A stretch of 64,000 bases of DNA from an uncultured Acidobacteriaceae bacterium (GTDB lineage Bacteria; Acidobacteriota; Terriglobia; Terriglobales; Acidobacteriaceae). This document shows, in pieces, positions 18,992-27,952 of the stretch. Below the pieces are notes generated by a model that worked only from the letters and a program-made list of their open reading frames with translations, searched no databases and was not told the DNA's origin. Numbering within the stretch: position 1 is the first letter of the stretch; each line of letters opens with the position of its first letter. The stretch is from NCBI GenBank assembly GCA_963782505.1, contig CAWAKG010000023.1:10409-74408 (forward strand). Direction: 5' to 3'. The translations under genes and the position numbers were made by a program.

Positions 18992-20438
18992 TCAGGCTGA
19001 CCCCGCCATTCTCCTCTTCCCCACCCAGTACAGTCCCGCGCCCACGCCCACCAGCACCGCGCTCAATACGACGACCTTGATTACCGCCAGAGCTTTATTC
19101 GGCTCGCTCGCATCAGGAATTACCGACCCCATGATCACCAGCACTGTCGCCGTGAAACCTGTCACTGCAACGGCGATCGCACCCCGCCTGCCTCCCGGGA
19201 TGCGTACCACCCCTGGCTCTGCGGGCTCGCCTTGCAAGCGGATCAGCGCCGCGAACATAAACAGATAAGGAATGAAGGTGGCGATGACGGTGGTGCTTAT
19301 CAGTACCTGGTAAGCGCCATGGATGCTGCTGCCCGCCTGGCCCAAGACAACGAACAGCACAGAGCAGAGCGCCTGTACGATCAGCGCGACGTATGGTGTC
19401 CCCCAGCGCGGATGGACCCGGGCAAATATCGGCGGAAGATAGCGGTCGATGCCGACGACGAACGGTAGCCGCGCCAGGGCTGCCAGATAAGCCCCGACCG
19501 CACCCAGGTTCGAGACACAAATGAGCAGCGCTACCATCGGCCCCAACCCGCGCCATCCCACACGCTGCAGCGCTGCCGGAGATCGCCTGCATGAGTCCCT
19601 CCAGGCTGTTGAGCTGCTCGCGCGGCACAACGACCAGGATCGCGATTGTGCCCAGGACGTATCCGGCTACCACCAGAAACCCGGCGATGATCAAGGCGCG
19701 CGGTATGTCGCGTCGGGGACGCTTGATCTCACTGCCCATGAATGACGCCGCCTCCGCTCCGGAGAACGCCGAAAGCATGGTTGCCCAGATGCCGAAATTT
19801 GCAACCGTCAAGCTCGGCTTGAATGCCTGCGGTCGAAAGCTGCTGGCAGGGCCGAATCTCCACCACGCCATAAGCCCCAGGCAGAACAGCAGGGCCACCG
19901 GGATCCAGGTGCCGATCGCGCCCAGATTGTTGAGCCACTTTCCGATGTTCAGCCCGACAATATTCACCATCAGCGCCAGCACCAGCCCGACCACCGAAAA
20001 CGTGATGAAGAAGGATGCGCTGCTTTGCAGGCCGTGCCAACGTTCGCCGCCAACATACAACGCGTTGCTCGCCGCGAAATAGAGGAGCACCGGGAAGTAC
20101 GGCAGGTTGCTGGTCCAGTAAATCCACCCCGTGAGGAAGCCCGCCGAATCGCCAAAGGCGCGCTTGCTCCAGATGTACATTCCGCCTTCCTGCGGATAGC
20201 GCGACGACAGCTCCATCACGCACAACGCAAGCGGAAGAAAGACCACCACGACACCCACCAGCCAGATGACGATGGTGCTGGGGCCGGCGGCAGCCGCCAG
20301 AGGCAGCCAACGCAGGCTCAAGGTGACGACTACGTAGAAAAGCACCAGGTCGCGCAGTCCGAGCTCGCGGCGTGGCTGGACAGCTGGTTCATTCGGGAGG
20401 AGGGTCTCAGGTGAGCCTTGCAGGTTGTCGGTCGCCAT
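18992..20438 (-). pseudogene. APC-superfamily amino-acid permease, frameshifted as sequenced
   Basis: The N-terminal two thirds lie in ORF 19113..20537 (start MATDNL at 20438). The C-terminal third ('LQRVGWRGLGPMVALLICVSNLGAVGAYL...') lies in ORF 18992..19630. The frames switch near 19575-19590. Confidence 0.7.
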
Positions 20439-20553
20439 CGTGCTTGCGTGTCGCGATAGATTATCATGACGCGTCAAAACGTCCTCGTTCCCTCCGGCAG
20501 CCGTTTTGCCAACTTGCCTGCTATGATTCTGCCGCACGTTCTAAGGAAGGCTT

Positions 20554-20653
20554 GATTAAAGTCCGGCTTTGAAGGGGACGGCCTTCAGGCCGTCCGCAAG
20601 TGCCTGGAATAAAGCTGGGCTTTAGCCCCTGAGGTCTTCGGGCGGACTTAATC
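20554..20653. repeat. REP/MITE-like structured intergenic element
   Basis: Flanked by inverted GATTAAAGTCCG / CGGACTTAATC. Contains a perfect hairpin GGACGGCC-TTCA-GGCCGTCC (20576-20595) and GGGCTTTAGCCC. Related motifs recur at 55821-55976. Confidence 0.6.
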
Positions 20654-20674
20654 AGACCCTCCCTAACGACTCCG

Positions 20675-21781
20675 ATGGCTACTGTCCTCGACGACCTTCT
20701 CTCCTCCTACGACGATCACGCGCCGCTCGATCGGGCGTCCACCATTCCGAGCTCGTGGTACACAGACAAGCGCATCGCGCAGCTTGAGCGCGAGCGCGTC
20801 TTCGGCCGGACGTGGCAGATGGTGGCTCGCGCCGATCAACTGCGAACGCCAGGCGAGTTCGTGACGGCGGAACTTGCGGGCGAGCCGCTGCTCATCGTTC
20901 GCGGCAAAGACAACCAACTGCGCGCCTTCTTCAACGTCTGCCGCCATCACGCCGCGGCGGTCGCGACCGATAAGCAGGGCATAGCGAGTCTCTTTCGCTG
21001 TCCCTATCACGGCTGGAGCTACGGCCTCGACGGCTCGCTGAAAGGTGCGCCGGAGTTCGAAGGCGTCTGTGAATTCGACCGCTCGCAAAACGGCCTGCTT
21101 CCGGTCCGAGTCGAGCCCCTCGAGCAGTTTGTCTTCGTCAACCTCGATTCCGACGCCCCCTCGCTGGCGGAATTTCTGGGAGGTTTGGTCCCGCGCGTCG
21201 CACCGCTCGACGTCAGTTCCCTGCACTTCTTCGAGCGCCGCACCTACACCCTCAACTGCAACTGGAAGGTCTTCATCGATAACTATCTCGACGGGGGCTA
21301 TCACGTGCCGCATCTGCACAAGGGCCTGAACAGCGTTCTTGACTACCGGCAGTACACCATCGAGACCGAAGACCGCTACTGCCTGCAATCGAGCCCGATG
21401 GTCGCGTCGAGTGAAGACGCGAATGTCGCCGCCACCCGCACCGGCGACCGCGCGTGGTACTTCTGGCAGTATCCCAATTTTATGATCAATCTCTATGGCG
21501 GATACATGGATACCAATCTCGTGCTTCCCGACGGCATTGATCGTTGCAAGGTAATCTTCGATTTCTACTTCGATGACGTGAGCGATGCGGTGGCTGAGCG
21601 CAATCGCCGGAGCGTCGCCGTCGGCGAGCGCGTTAACGATGAAGACGTCGCCATCTGCGAGGCCGTGCAGCGCGGCTTGCATTCCCGGGCCTACAATGCA
21701 GGACGTCTGTCGGTTCGCCGCGAGGCGGGTGAACATTTGTTTCACCGGTTGCTGGCGGCAGATTTGAAGCGAGTGTCGTAA
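20675..21781 (+). CDS. Rieske [2Fe-2S] aromatic-ring-hydroxylating oxygenase alpha subunit-like protein
   Basis: 368 aa with Rieske motif 'CRHHAAAV...CPYHGWSY' and a C-terminal catalytic domain containing 'DNYLDGGYHVPHLH'. Confidence 0.85.
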   Translation: MATVLDDLLSSYDDHAPLDRASTIPSSWYTDKRIAQLERERVFGRTWQMVARADQLRTPGEFVTAELAGEPLLIVRGKDNQLRAFFNVCRHHAAAVATDKQGIASLFRCPYHGWSYGLDGSLKGAPEFEGVCEFDRSQNGLLPVRVEPLEQFVFVNLDSDAPSLAEFLGGLVPRVAPLDVSSLHFFERRTYTLNCNWKVFIDNYLDGGYHVPHLHKGLNSVLDYRQYTIETEDRYCLQSSPMVASSEDANVAATRTGDRAWYFWQYPNFMINLYGGYMDTNLVLPDGIDRCKVIFDFYFDDVSDAVAERNRRSVAVGERVNDEDVAICEAVQRGLHSRAYNAGRLSVRREAGEHLFHRLLAADLKRVS

Positions 21782-21828
21782 GAGGTTCTGAAGTACTTGC
21801 TTGGAGAGTAGGAATCACGAGTGTAATG

Positions 21829-21855
21829 GCCTGATTTCGCCAGTCAGTCAGGCCG
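21829..21855 (+). terminator. Possible terminator hairpin after the Rieske oxygenase gene
   Basis: GGCCTGA (21829-21835) pairs with TCAGGCC (21849-21855), followed by a moderately T-rich stretch. Confidence 0.35.
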
Positions 21856-22135
21856 GTATCGTTGTTGATTGTCGTCGTTTACGGATCATTCCCTGTGTTG
21901 TCGGCTTCTTAGACGGTCATCTGAAAGTTATCTCGAAATCACCTCTTGGCAATTGAACCGGAGAGGTAAAGCGCCCATAATCACCCGCAAAATTCGACGT
22001 TCAGCAGCGGTGGGCTGCGGTCAATAGCCGTTAAGGCATGCGGTGGCGATGACTGGACAACCAAACCGAGATGGACGACTAGAGTATCTGTAGACCAATT
22101 CTTGTTCCGAGCGTCTCAGTGAAGTAAGAGGTGTA

Positions 22136-22942
22136 GTGATGAGTTTCCTACGTGTCCTATTCTATGGTTTAGTCTTGGCGCTAATGTACAGCGAAGCGGC
22201 GCTTGCTCAATCGGCTACCAATTCTGACGACCTTAAAGCCTCGTTGCGCTCCTGCGAGATCATTCGGCAAAGCATGAAAAACCGAGCGGAGGCAATACCA
22301 GCTTCGAAAATTCCAGCAGACGATGACGACACGGCTGTGGCAAGGGCCTGCGATACGCTTACCGCAGCAATTGCCACGTCTGATCAGCAGCAAGCTCAGT
22401 CCGCAGCTGCAGCCCTTCGCCCCATACTGGCACGGCTTGGCATGAAGCCCACTACCCCGCAGGAACAGCTCGCTGCATTAGAAAAGCAAACTTCCGGTGC
22501 AACTGGAATGGAGCTCTTCGACCACCTGCCTCAGCTCGCGAAGCGAGCCATGAAAGCCGGCGAGACGGACAAAGCGGAAGCCTATGCGAAGCAACTCCTG
22601 CAAATGGCGCCACAGTATCCCAAGAGCTGGAACTACGGCAACGCGATCTTCTATGGCAACGTGGTGCTCGGCCACGTGGCCCTGCAGCGTGGCAATTTGG
22701 AACAAGCAGGTCACTACCTTCTGGCCGCAGCTGACACGCCGGGTTCGCCGCAGCTCGATAGTTTTGGGCCAAACATGGTTCTGGCGAAGGAACTACTCGA
22801 CAAGGGCCAATCCGATGTCGTGCTGCAGTACTTCGCGCTTTGCAGAAACTTCTGGAAGCGTGACCATGGGCGCCTGGATGAATGGAGCGCGACCGTACGT
22901 GAGGGCAAGGTGCCCGATTTTAGAGCTAACCTGAATTATTAA
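22136..22942 (+). CDS. Secreted hypothetical protein (helical, TPR-like appearance)
   Basis: 268 aa with signal peptide 'MSFLRVLFYGLVLALMYSEAALAQ'. No catalytic motifs recognised. Confidence 0.5.
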   Translation: MMSFLRVLFYGLVLALMYSEAALAQSATNSDDLKASLRSCEIIRQSMKNRAEAIPASKIPADDDDTAVARACDTLTAAIATSDQQQAQSAAAALRPILARLGMKPTTPQEQLAALEKQTSGATGMELFDHLPQLAKRAMKAGETDKAEAYAKQLLQMAPQYPKSWNYGNAIFYGNVVLGHVALQRGNLEQAGHYLLAAADTPGSPQLDSFGPNMVLAKELLDKGQSDVVLQYFALCRNFWKRDHGRLDEWSATVREGKVPDFRANLNY

Positions 22943-23112
22943 CTCTATTGCGACGAGAAAGCTGTTCGCGAGACCGACTGCTCTTTGCCCCCGGCGAGCT
23001 TAGCGGAGAGTTCGCCAACCTCAAAAACATCTACTTCAATAACGGAACTGAGGTGTGGAACGTTATCTAGATAATGGTGGCGGCTATATCGCAATCCGAA
23101 GCCGTTGCGACT

Positions 23113-23194
23113 CCTGAACCCCGGAACGCTGGTCATGCTGGGGCCGGGCGTTCTTGTCCTTGCGGGCGTTCTGCGCCGCAAGGTCGGGTTCTGA
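23113..23194 (+). pseudogene. Remnant of a PEP-CTERM sorting domain (frameshifted fragment)
   Basis: '...SEAVATPEP' is followed, after one extra C (CCCC at 23119-23122), by 'GTLVMLGPGVLVLAGVLRRKVGF*'. No intact upstream ORF. Confidence 0.5.
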
Positions 23195-23393
23195 TCACAT
23201 TGCAAATTGTTGAACGTTAGGGCAGCCTTCGGGTCGCCTTCGTTACTTTGATTCCAACATTGCCGCTAAATGGTGATAAATCGCCATAGCACTCATTGGC
23301 GCCGAAATGACCGGCTGTTGACAACGCTCATCCGCAATTCGTGTGCAACCTCGTGCGGAGTGGTCTGGAATGATCCGGCCCTAAGCCCGCAGG

Positions 23394-23560
23394 GCGAAAC
23401 AATCTGTAGCCCAGGACGGAAGTCCTGGGTAAGCATCCTCCTTCGAATTCTCTGGAGCCCCTTCAGGGGCGGCATGTCTGTGCCACCGGTTGAGACCGGC
23501 TCAATCCAATTGTGTGGGTTCCCACCCAGGACTTCCGTCCTGGGCTATAGATTGTTTCGC
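23394..23560. repeat. MITE-like element: ~36-nt inverted repeats around an ~95-nt spacer
   Basis: Left arm GCGAAACAATCTGTAGCCCAGGACGGAAGTCCTGGG (23394-23429). The right arm (23525-23560) is its reverse complement with one mismatch. Confidence 0.7.
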
Positions 23561-24336
23561 GCTTCGCCGCTTGGCTCTTACCCACGTCACACACACATGT
23601 GACAAACTCGCTTGGTCAAAGTCGCTCAGTTCAGTAAACTAGCAACGTTGAGGACGAAGGAAGGTTTGTCTCTCTCCGAATCGCGCCCTGAACGGGGAGG
23701 CGTGACCCGCAGGAATCGTCATAGCGCCTGTTGGCCGCTGTTAACCACTTCTAAAACAATCCAACTCGTCCATCTTCAGAAAACCGCACTTAAGTCCTTT
23801 TGTTGTAAGATTTTGCATCTAAGTCTAACGCGCTCAAGATTTTGCAGACCAACTTTTCAGCTCGGGTAATAATACACTTGACTAACCCATAGTAATCAAC
23901 TAATAATTGCAGAGACAGGGCAGCTTTCCCGGCAAAATCGATTCCGAAGCGTCGCTCATCGCGGCTTTGGAATCGTGTGCCCGTTCGGGCAAGTCAACCC
24001 TTCCCACGTCCAAGAAGCAACGTATTCTCTCCACTCTTCGGAAGACATCGGTGTGGTTATCGGTGCAAATACTGGCAGGCGAAGGTCGCAGGTTTTGTCT
24101 TCGCATTCGAGCCATCCTCTGTAATCCCACGGTGATGTATAGGTTAAGACTACCAGCGGCCCCCACGGTGGATTATGGCTTTTCACTGCCAGATCGTACC
24201 TTTGCAATTGCTTGCAATAAACACATAAAGCAGCTACGTGCTCAGTATCCTTGGTGTGGGATGCTAGAGGCTGAAATGCTGGGCCTAGCTTTTCAAGCGG
24301 GAGTTCAATGGTATGCCGATGACCTGCCCCCCATTT

Positions 24337-25291
24337 TTAGTCCAAGGATAATGAGACTTTCTCCGGTTTTTGTTCGCCCCACTGATCTGGCGTAGCGGGG
24401 ATGGGGGTGTGGGGCAAGGGGCCGGCGTTTGAGGCCCCTGGCCCCACTCCAGTTCTGTCGAAGCTTTTCACTTCAGCGGCAAACTCCTCCGGCGTTCTGT
24501 AGCCCAGGGACGAGTGCGGACGCTCCTGATTGTAGTGTCGCCGCCACTGCTCGATGATCTGCCGCGCATCGCTGAGCGAGACGAACCAGTTCTCGTTCAG
24601 GCACTCGTCGCGGAACTTGCCGTTGAAGCTCTCGATATAGCCGTTCTGCATCGGTTTTCCCGGCTGGATGAAGTGCTGCTCCACCCCTTCGGCGAAGCAC
24701 CACTGGTCCAGCGCACGCCCGGCGAACTCCGGGCCGTTGTCGGTGCGGATCTGCCGCGGTTCGTCCGCGCTGGCGGACCAGCCGCTCCAGCACCCGCACC
24801 ACGCGCGCTCCCGGCAGCGAGGTGTCCACCTCTATCGCCAGGCACTCGCGCGTATAGTCATCCACCACGTTCAGCGTGCGCAGCTTGCGCCCCGAGCTGA
24901 GCGTGTCGGCCATGAAGTCCAGCGACCACACCTGGTTCGGTGCCGTGGGCGCCGGCAGCGGCAGCCGTGGCACGCCTGCACAACGCTTACGCCGCCGCTT
25001 CCGCACCTGCAACCCTTCCAGCCGGTAGAGCCGGCAGATCCGCTTGTGGTTCACCCGCCAGCCCTCGCGCACCAGCCGGTCATGCAACCGGCGATAGCCA
25101 AAGCGCCGGAACTGGTGCGCCAACTCGCGCAACCGCTGCCGCAGCCGCCCGTCCTCCGAGCGCCGCGCCCGGTAGCGGTACGTCCCCCGATGCAGTCCGA
25201 TCAGCCCGCAGGCGCGTCGCTCCGAGACCGCGATTTCCGAGCGCATCACTACCGCCGCCTGCTTCCGCATCTGCGGGCTTACCACTTTTTT
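24337..25291 (-). pseudogene. IS3-family transposase OrfB (DDE integrase core) with an extra disabling frameshift
   Basis: A -1 frame from the slippery site gives 'KKVVSPQMRK...NQVWSLDFMAD...'. The conserved '[18 protein letters not shown]...[22 protein letters not shown]' continues in another frame, with the switch near 24755-24770. Confidence 0.75.
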
Positions 25292-25545
25292 GCGACCACC
25301 GCCTGCAACGCCTGCTTGTCCAACGTCAGGTCCGCTACCAGGTGCTTCAGCCGCCGGTTCTCCTCTTCCAGAGCCCGCAACCGCCGCGCCTCGCTCACCT
25401 GCATCCCGCCGTACTTTGCCTTCCAGCGGTACAGGCTCGCTCGCGTAATGCCATGCCGGCGACACAACTCGCCGGGATCGGCCCCGGCTTCCGATTCCCT
25501 CAGAATGGCGATGATCTGTTCTTCGTTGAATCGACTCTTGCGCAC
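25279..25545 (-). CDS. IS3-family transposase OrfA (HTH)
   Basis: 88 aa. 'EEQIIAILRESEAG...ELCRRHGITRASLYRWKAKYGG' plus a leucine-zipper-like tail. Ends at the A_AAA_AAG slippery site (25291-25285). Confidence 0.85.
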   Translation of the reverse strand: MRKSRFNEEQIIAILRESEAGADPGELCRRHGITRASLYRWKAKYGGMQVSEARRLRALEEENRRLKHLVADLTLDKQALQAVVAKKW

Positions 25546-25681
25546 GACTCCTCCTCCGCCCTAGCGGGCTATGTTAAGGGGAGAAGTCTCATTTCCGCTG
25601 GACTAATTTCCGGGGGGCAGGTCACCGACACTTACAAACAATTTGATAATGCAACCCATCGCCCATAATTTTCTCCTTATC

Positions 25682-25704
25682 GGTTAGTCAAAAGAATTAT
25701 TACC
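25682..25704. repeat. Third, internal copy of the IS1595 no. 1 terminal repeat
   Basis: GGTTAGTCAAAAGAATTATTACC, in the same orientation as the right-end copy (27694-27716). Lies between the 247-aa cargo gene and the Cys-motif gene, with its TTGACT facing that gene. Confidence 0.7.
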
Positions 25705-25737
25705 ATGTATTTGTCCAAAGAAAACGGAGCCATAGAT

Positions 25738-26481
25738 TTACGGGAAGAATCGCTCGAAACGTGGGATCACTGCCGTAGCAATGAAGTGGTATATCTCAGC
25801 GATACCATGGGGACTCTCAGAAATTCCAGAAATGTCGCCGCCGAACTTTATCGTAACGGAGACGGTTGGGTAGAAATCCAGTTTGTACTTCATGGCCAGC
25901 GGGACGCTTACTATATGGCAATCATTCGTTGTGACCGTTTCCACCAATCCGCTGGCATAGTCCCCAGCGGTGAGGCTGGGGAAGTAAAACAGAACCTCGT
26001 GCCCATTAACCGGAATACGCCTGTGCTTGTCGAGGTTACACATCTCGTTAAGCCTCCAAAGCGGATGCGTTTTGTAGGCTGTCCCTCTGTTGTATGGCTG
26101 AAGAAATTCAAGCTCACAAAGAGCTTCCTTGGGCAGCCCTTCCGTTTGATTACGAAAGCGATTTCTGCTTTCGAGAGTATTGACTTCGAGAATAGGAAAT
26201 TGGGTCTTTTCGGGGATACTTTTAAGTCGAGCAAGTGCCCAGATCAGTTGGTCGAGCGAAGATCGCATGTTGTAGAAGGCATCTCCGACAATCAGCGCAA
26301 AGGTTTCGGGCAAATCGACGAGCTGCATGTGCAAGATGTACCGCTGATTTTCAATGTCTTCCTCGCGGACAACGGTGCAAGCATCAGAGGAAGCGGCAAA
26401 GGCCTCAATTTCCCTGTCGAGTCGTTGCAGATGTTGGTACGCCCAACTCAACTTCAGCTTAGCGTCAGATATTCCTGGCAT
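25738..26481 (-). CDS. Hypothetical cargo protein with an 'LNxxCNLDKHRR' motif
   Basis: 247 aa with a GGGAGAA RBS and a helical N-terminus ('AKLKLSWAYQHLQRLDREIEAF'). 'DKHRRIPVNGH' fits R-x(4-6)-H (HEPN-like), unproven. A 266-aa ORF (25705..26505) overlaps it on the opposite strand. Confidence 0.5.
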   Translation of the reverse strand: MPGISDAKLKLSWAYQHLQRLDREIEAFAASSDACTVVREEDIENQRYILHMQLVDLPETFALIVGDAFYNMRSSLDQLIWALARLKSIPEKTQFPILEVNTLESRNRFRNQTEGLPKEALCELEFLQPYNRGTAYKTHPLWRLNEMCNLDKHRRIPVNGHEVLFYFPSLTAGDYASGLVETVTTNDCHIVSVPLAMKYKLDFYPTVSVTIKFGGDISGISESPHGIAEIYHFIATAVIPRFERFFP

Positions 26482-26510
26482 GGAGACGCTTCTCCCAACG
26501 TATAATCGGC

Positions 26511-26690
26511 ATGATGAATAAACCGAAGTCGCCTGAAATGCAGAGATTTGAGAGTGCGCTTAAAAGTGTACTCTCGGTATCAAAATCCGATATGAAGAAA
26601 ATGCTGGCCGACGAAAAAGCGGCCAATGCTGGCAAACCGAAGCGCGGCCCAAAGCCTAAGACTTCCGCTTCGGGCCGCGAGGCTTCCTAA
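26511..26690 (+). CDS. Small basic-tailed hypothetical protein (59 aa)
   Basis: Below the ORF-track cutoff: 'MMNKPKSPEMQRFESALKSVLSVSKSDMKKMLADEKAANAGKPKRGPKPKTSASGREAS'. Its stop overlaps the convergent transposase stop. Confidence 0.4.
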   Translation: MMNKPKSPEMQRFESALKSVLSVSKSDMKKMLADEKAANAGKPKRGPKPKTSASGREAS

Positions 26691-27667
26691 AAGGGTTCGG
26701 CTGTCGCTTCACTGCCAGTCTTGCCAGTTAGCTCTTTGAACGTCAGGCGACGATTGGAGACTTGCGAGAGAGCCAATACGAAACGGTCAGCATCGGTCAA
26801 TGGATTGTCTTTGGTAGCGCGATTGTTGAATCTGAAAATCTGTTCGTCAAGATACCGCTCCATGTGGAATGGCTCAACAGCAACATACGTTCCGCGCAAC
26901 GTGCGCTTCAGTAGCGACCAGAAATTCTCAATCCCGTTCGTGTGGACTTGTCCATCAACATAGCGCTCAGTATGGTCTACAAACTCATGCACGAAGCGGT
27001 GACGCAGATCGTCGTAACCGTGCCAGCCATCCGTATAGACTTTCGAGCCGTGCTTTACTTCGTGCAGCACTTCAGTCTGAAGCGTTTCGCGCTTTACGTT
27101 TGGAATAACCTTCGCACGCACTTGGCGCAGATCGCGGTCAAGCAATCCAATCACGATGGTTTTACCCTTCGTTCCGCCTTGCCAGTCGATGTTAAGAGCC
27201 AGCCGTTTGTCCTTGTGCATATTCTTCAGCTTGCCGCCGATGAATGTCTCATCTATCTCGACCGGGCCAGAATTTCCCCCAAGTTTGAAAGCGAAGTCTT
27301 TGCGCTTCAGAACTGTTCTCAGGCGATGCAACACGAACCAAGCGGACTTCTGAGTTATCCCAAGTGCGCGGTGAATCTCGTATGAAGAGACGCCATTCTT
27401 CGCTGATACCAGCATCCACAGCGCAGGGAGCCACTTCTGCAATGGGATGGGCGAGTCCTCAAAGATTGTGCCGACCTTCACTGAGAATTGCTTGCGGCAA
27501 GCCTTGCACTTCCAGCGCTTCTGGGTTGCAAGATAGTAATGCTCTTTCGCAAAGCAATGCGGACAAATCGGGCCATCGGGCCAACGAAGCGAAGCAACGG
27601 CATCAATGCAAGTCTGTTCGTCTGCAAAGTATTGAACCGCTTCGAGTAAGGTCATTGGCTCTTTCAT
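26687..27667 (-). CDS. IS1595-family (ISXO2-like) transposase
   Basis: 326 aa. N-terminal zinc ribbon 'CPHCFAKEHYYLATQKRWKCKACRKQFSVKVGTIFEDS', an HTH region and a DDE region 'VEIDETFIGG...'. Confidence 0.85.
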   Translation of the reverse strand: MKEPMTLLEAVQYFADEQTCIDAVASLRWPDGPICPHCFAKEHYYLATQKRWKCKACRKQFSVKVGTIFEDSPIPLQKWLPALWMLVSAKNGVSSYEIHRALGITQKSAWFVLHRLRTVLKRKDFAFKLGGNSGPVEIDETFIGGKLKNMHKDKRLALNIDWQGGTKGKTIVIGLLDRDLRQVRAKVIPNVKRETLQTEVLHEVKHGSKVYTDGWHGYDDLRHRFVHEFVDHTERYVDGQVHTNGIENFWSLLKRTLRGTYVAVEPFHMERYLDEQIFRFNNRATKDNPLTDADRFVLALSQVSNRRLTFKELTGKTGSEATAEPF

Positions 27668-27674
27668 GATTCAA

Positions 27675-27703
27675 AGTCTATGCCTAATCCTTTGGTTAGT
27701 CAA
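27675..27703 (-). promoter_or_regulatory. Putative sigma70-type promoter inside the right IR of IS1595 no. 1
   Basis: On the minus strand: TTGACT (27703-27698), a 17-nt spacer, TAGACT (27680-27675), and the ATG 8 nt further on. This implies a near-leaderless transposase mRNA. Confidence 0.45.
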
Positions 27704-27810
27704 GTAAATTATTACCTCAGCTCGCTCAATGCTATCAAGATTTTAGAGGCGAGATTATCCTGTTGACAAAAGTTTTAGTTCATGCGAGGATGTTTGCATG
27801 GACGCAGAAG

Positions 27811-27939
27811 TTATTGCTTTTTCTTTGGTTTATCCGCTGGTGCCGCTTTCAAGATGCGGCGAATATCGTGCTTTATCGAAGCAACTAGCTGTCGCGTCGG
27901 TATTTTCTTCAGTTGTTCCTTCTTCTGCTTCTCATCCAT
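27811..27939 (-). CDS. Small basic-tailed ORF antisense to the transposase no. 2 leader (42 aa)
   Basis: 'MDEKQKKEQLKKIPTRQLVASIKHDIRRILKAAPADKPKKKQ'. Its tail resembles that of the 26511..26690 product. Confidence 0.3.
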   Translation of the reverse strand: MDEKQKKEQLKKIPTRQLVASIKHDIRRILKAAPADKPKKKQ

Positions 27940-27952
27940 CGCGGAGGCTCCC

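Larger units (their letters stand above)
24320..25624 (-). mobile_element. IS3-family (IS407-group-like) insertion sequence, 1305 bp
   Basis: IRs are TGACCTGCCCCCC...TTAGTCCA...AATGAGACTT at 24320 onward, with the inverted copy ending at 25624. 4-bp target duplication CCGA (24316-24319 and 25625-25628). orfA/orfB arrangement with an A6G slippery site. Confidence 0.85.
23956..25666 (-). pseudogene. Four-Cys-motif small protein (paralog of 28870..29343) interrupted by the IS3 element
   Basis: ATG at 25666 with an AAGGAG RBS. 14 codons run into the IS3 end. Removing 24320-25624 plus one CCGA copy rejoins the gene in frame to ORF 23956..24207, giving a 133-aa product with no stops. Confidence 0.75.
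23865..27716 (-). mobile_element. IS1595-family transposon no. 1 with cargo genes and a nested IS3 insertion
   Basis: Terminal IRs are GGTAATAATACACTTGACTAACC (23865-23887) and its inverted partner at 27694-27716 (GGTAATAATTTACTTGACTAACC read inward). Flanked by an exact 8-bp direct repeat TCAGCTCG (23857-23864 and 27717-27724). Encodes the transposase at 26687..27667. Confidence 0.8.
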
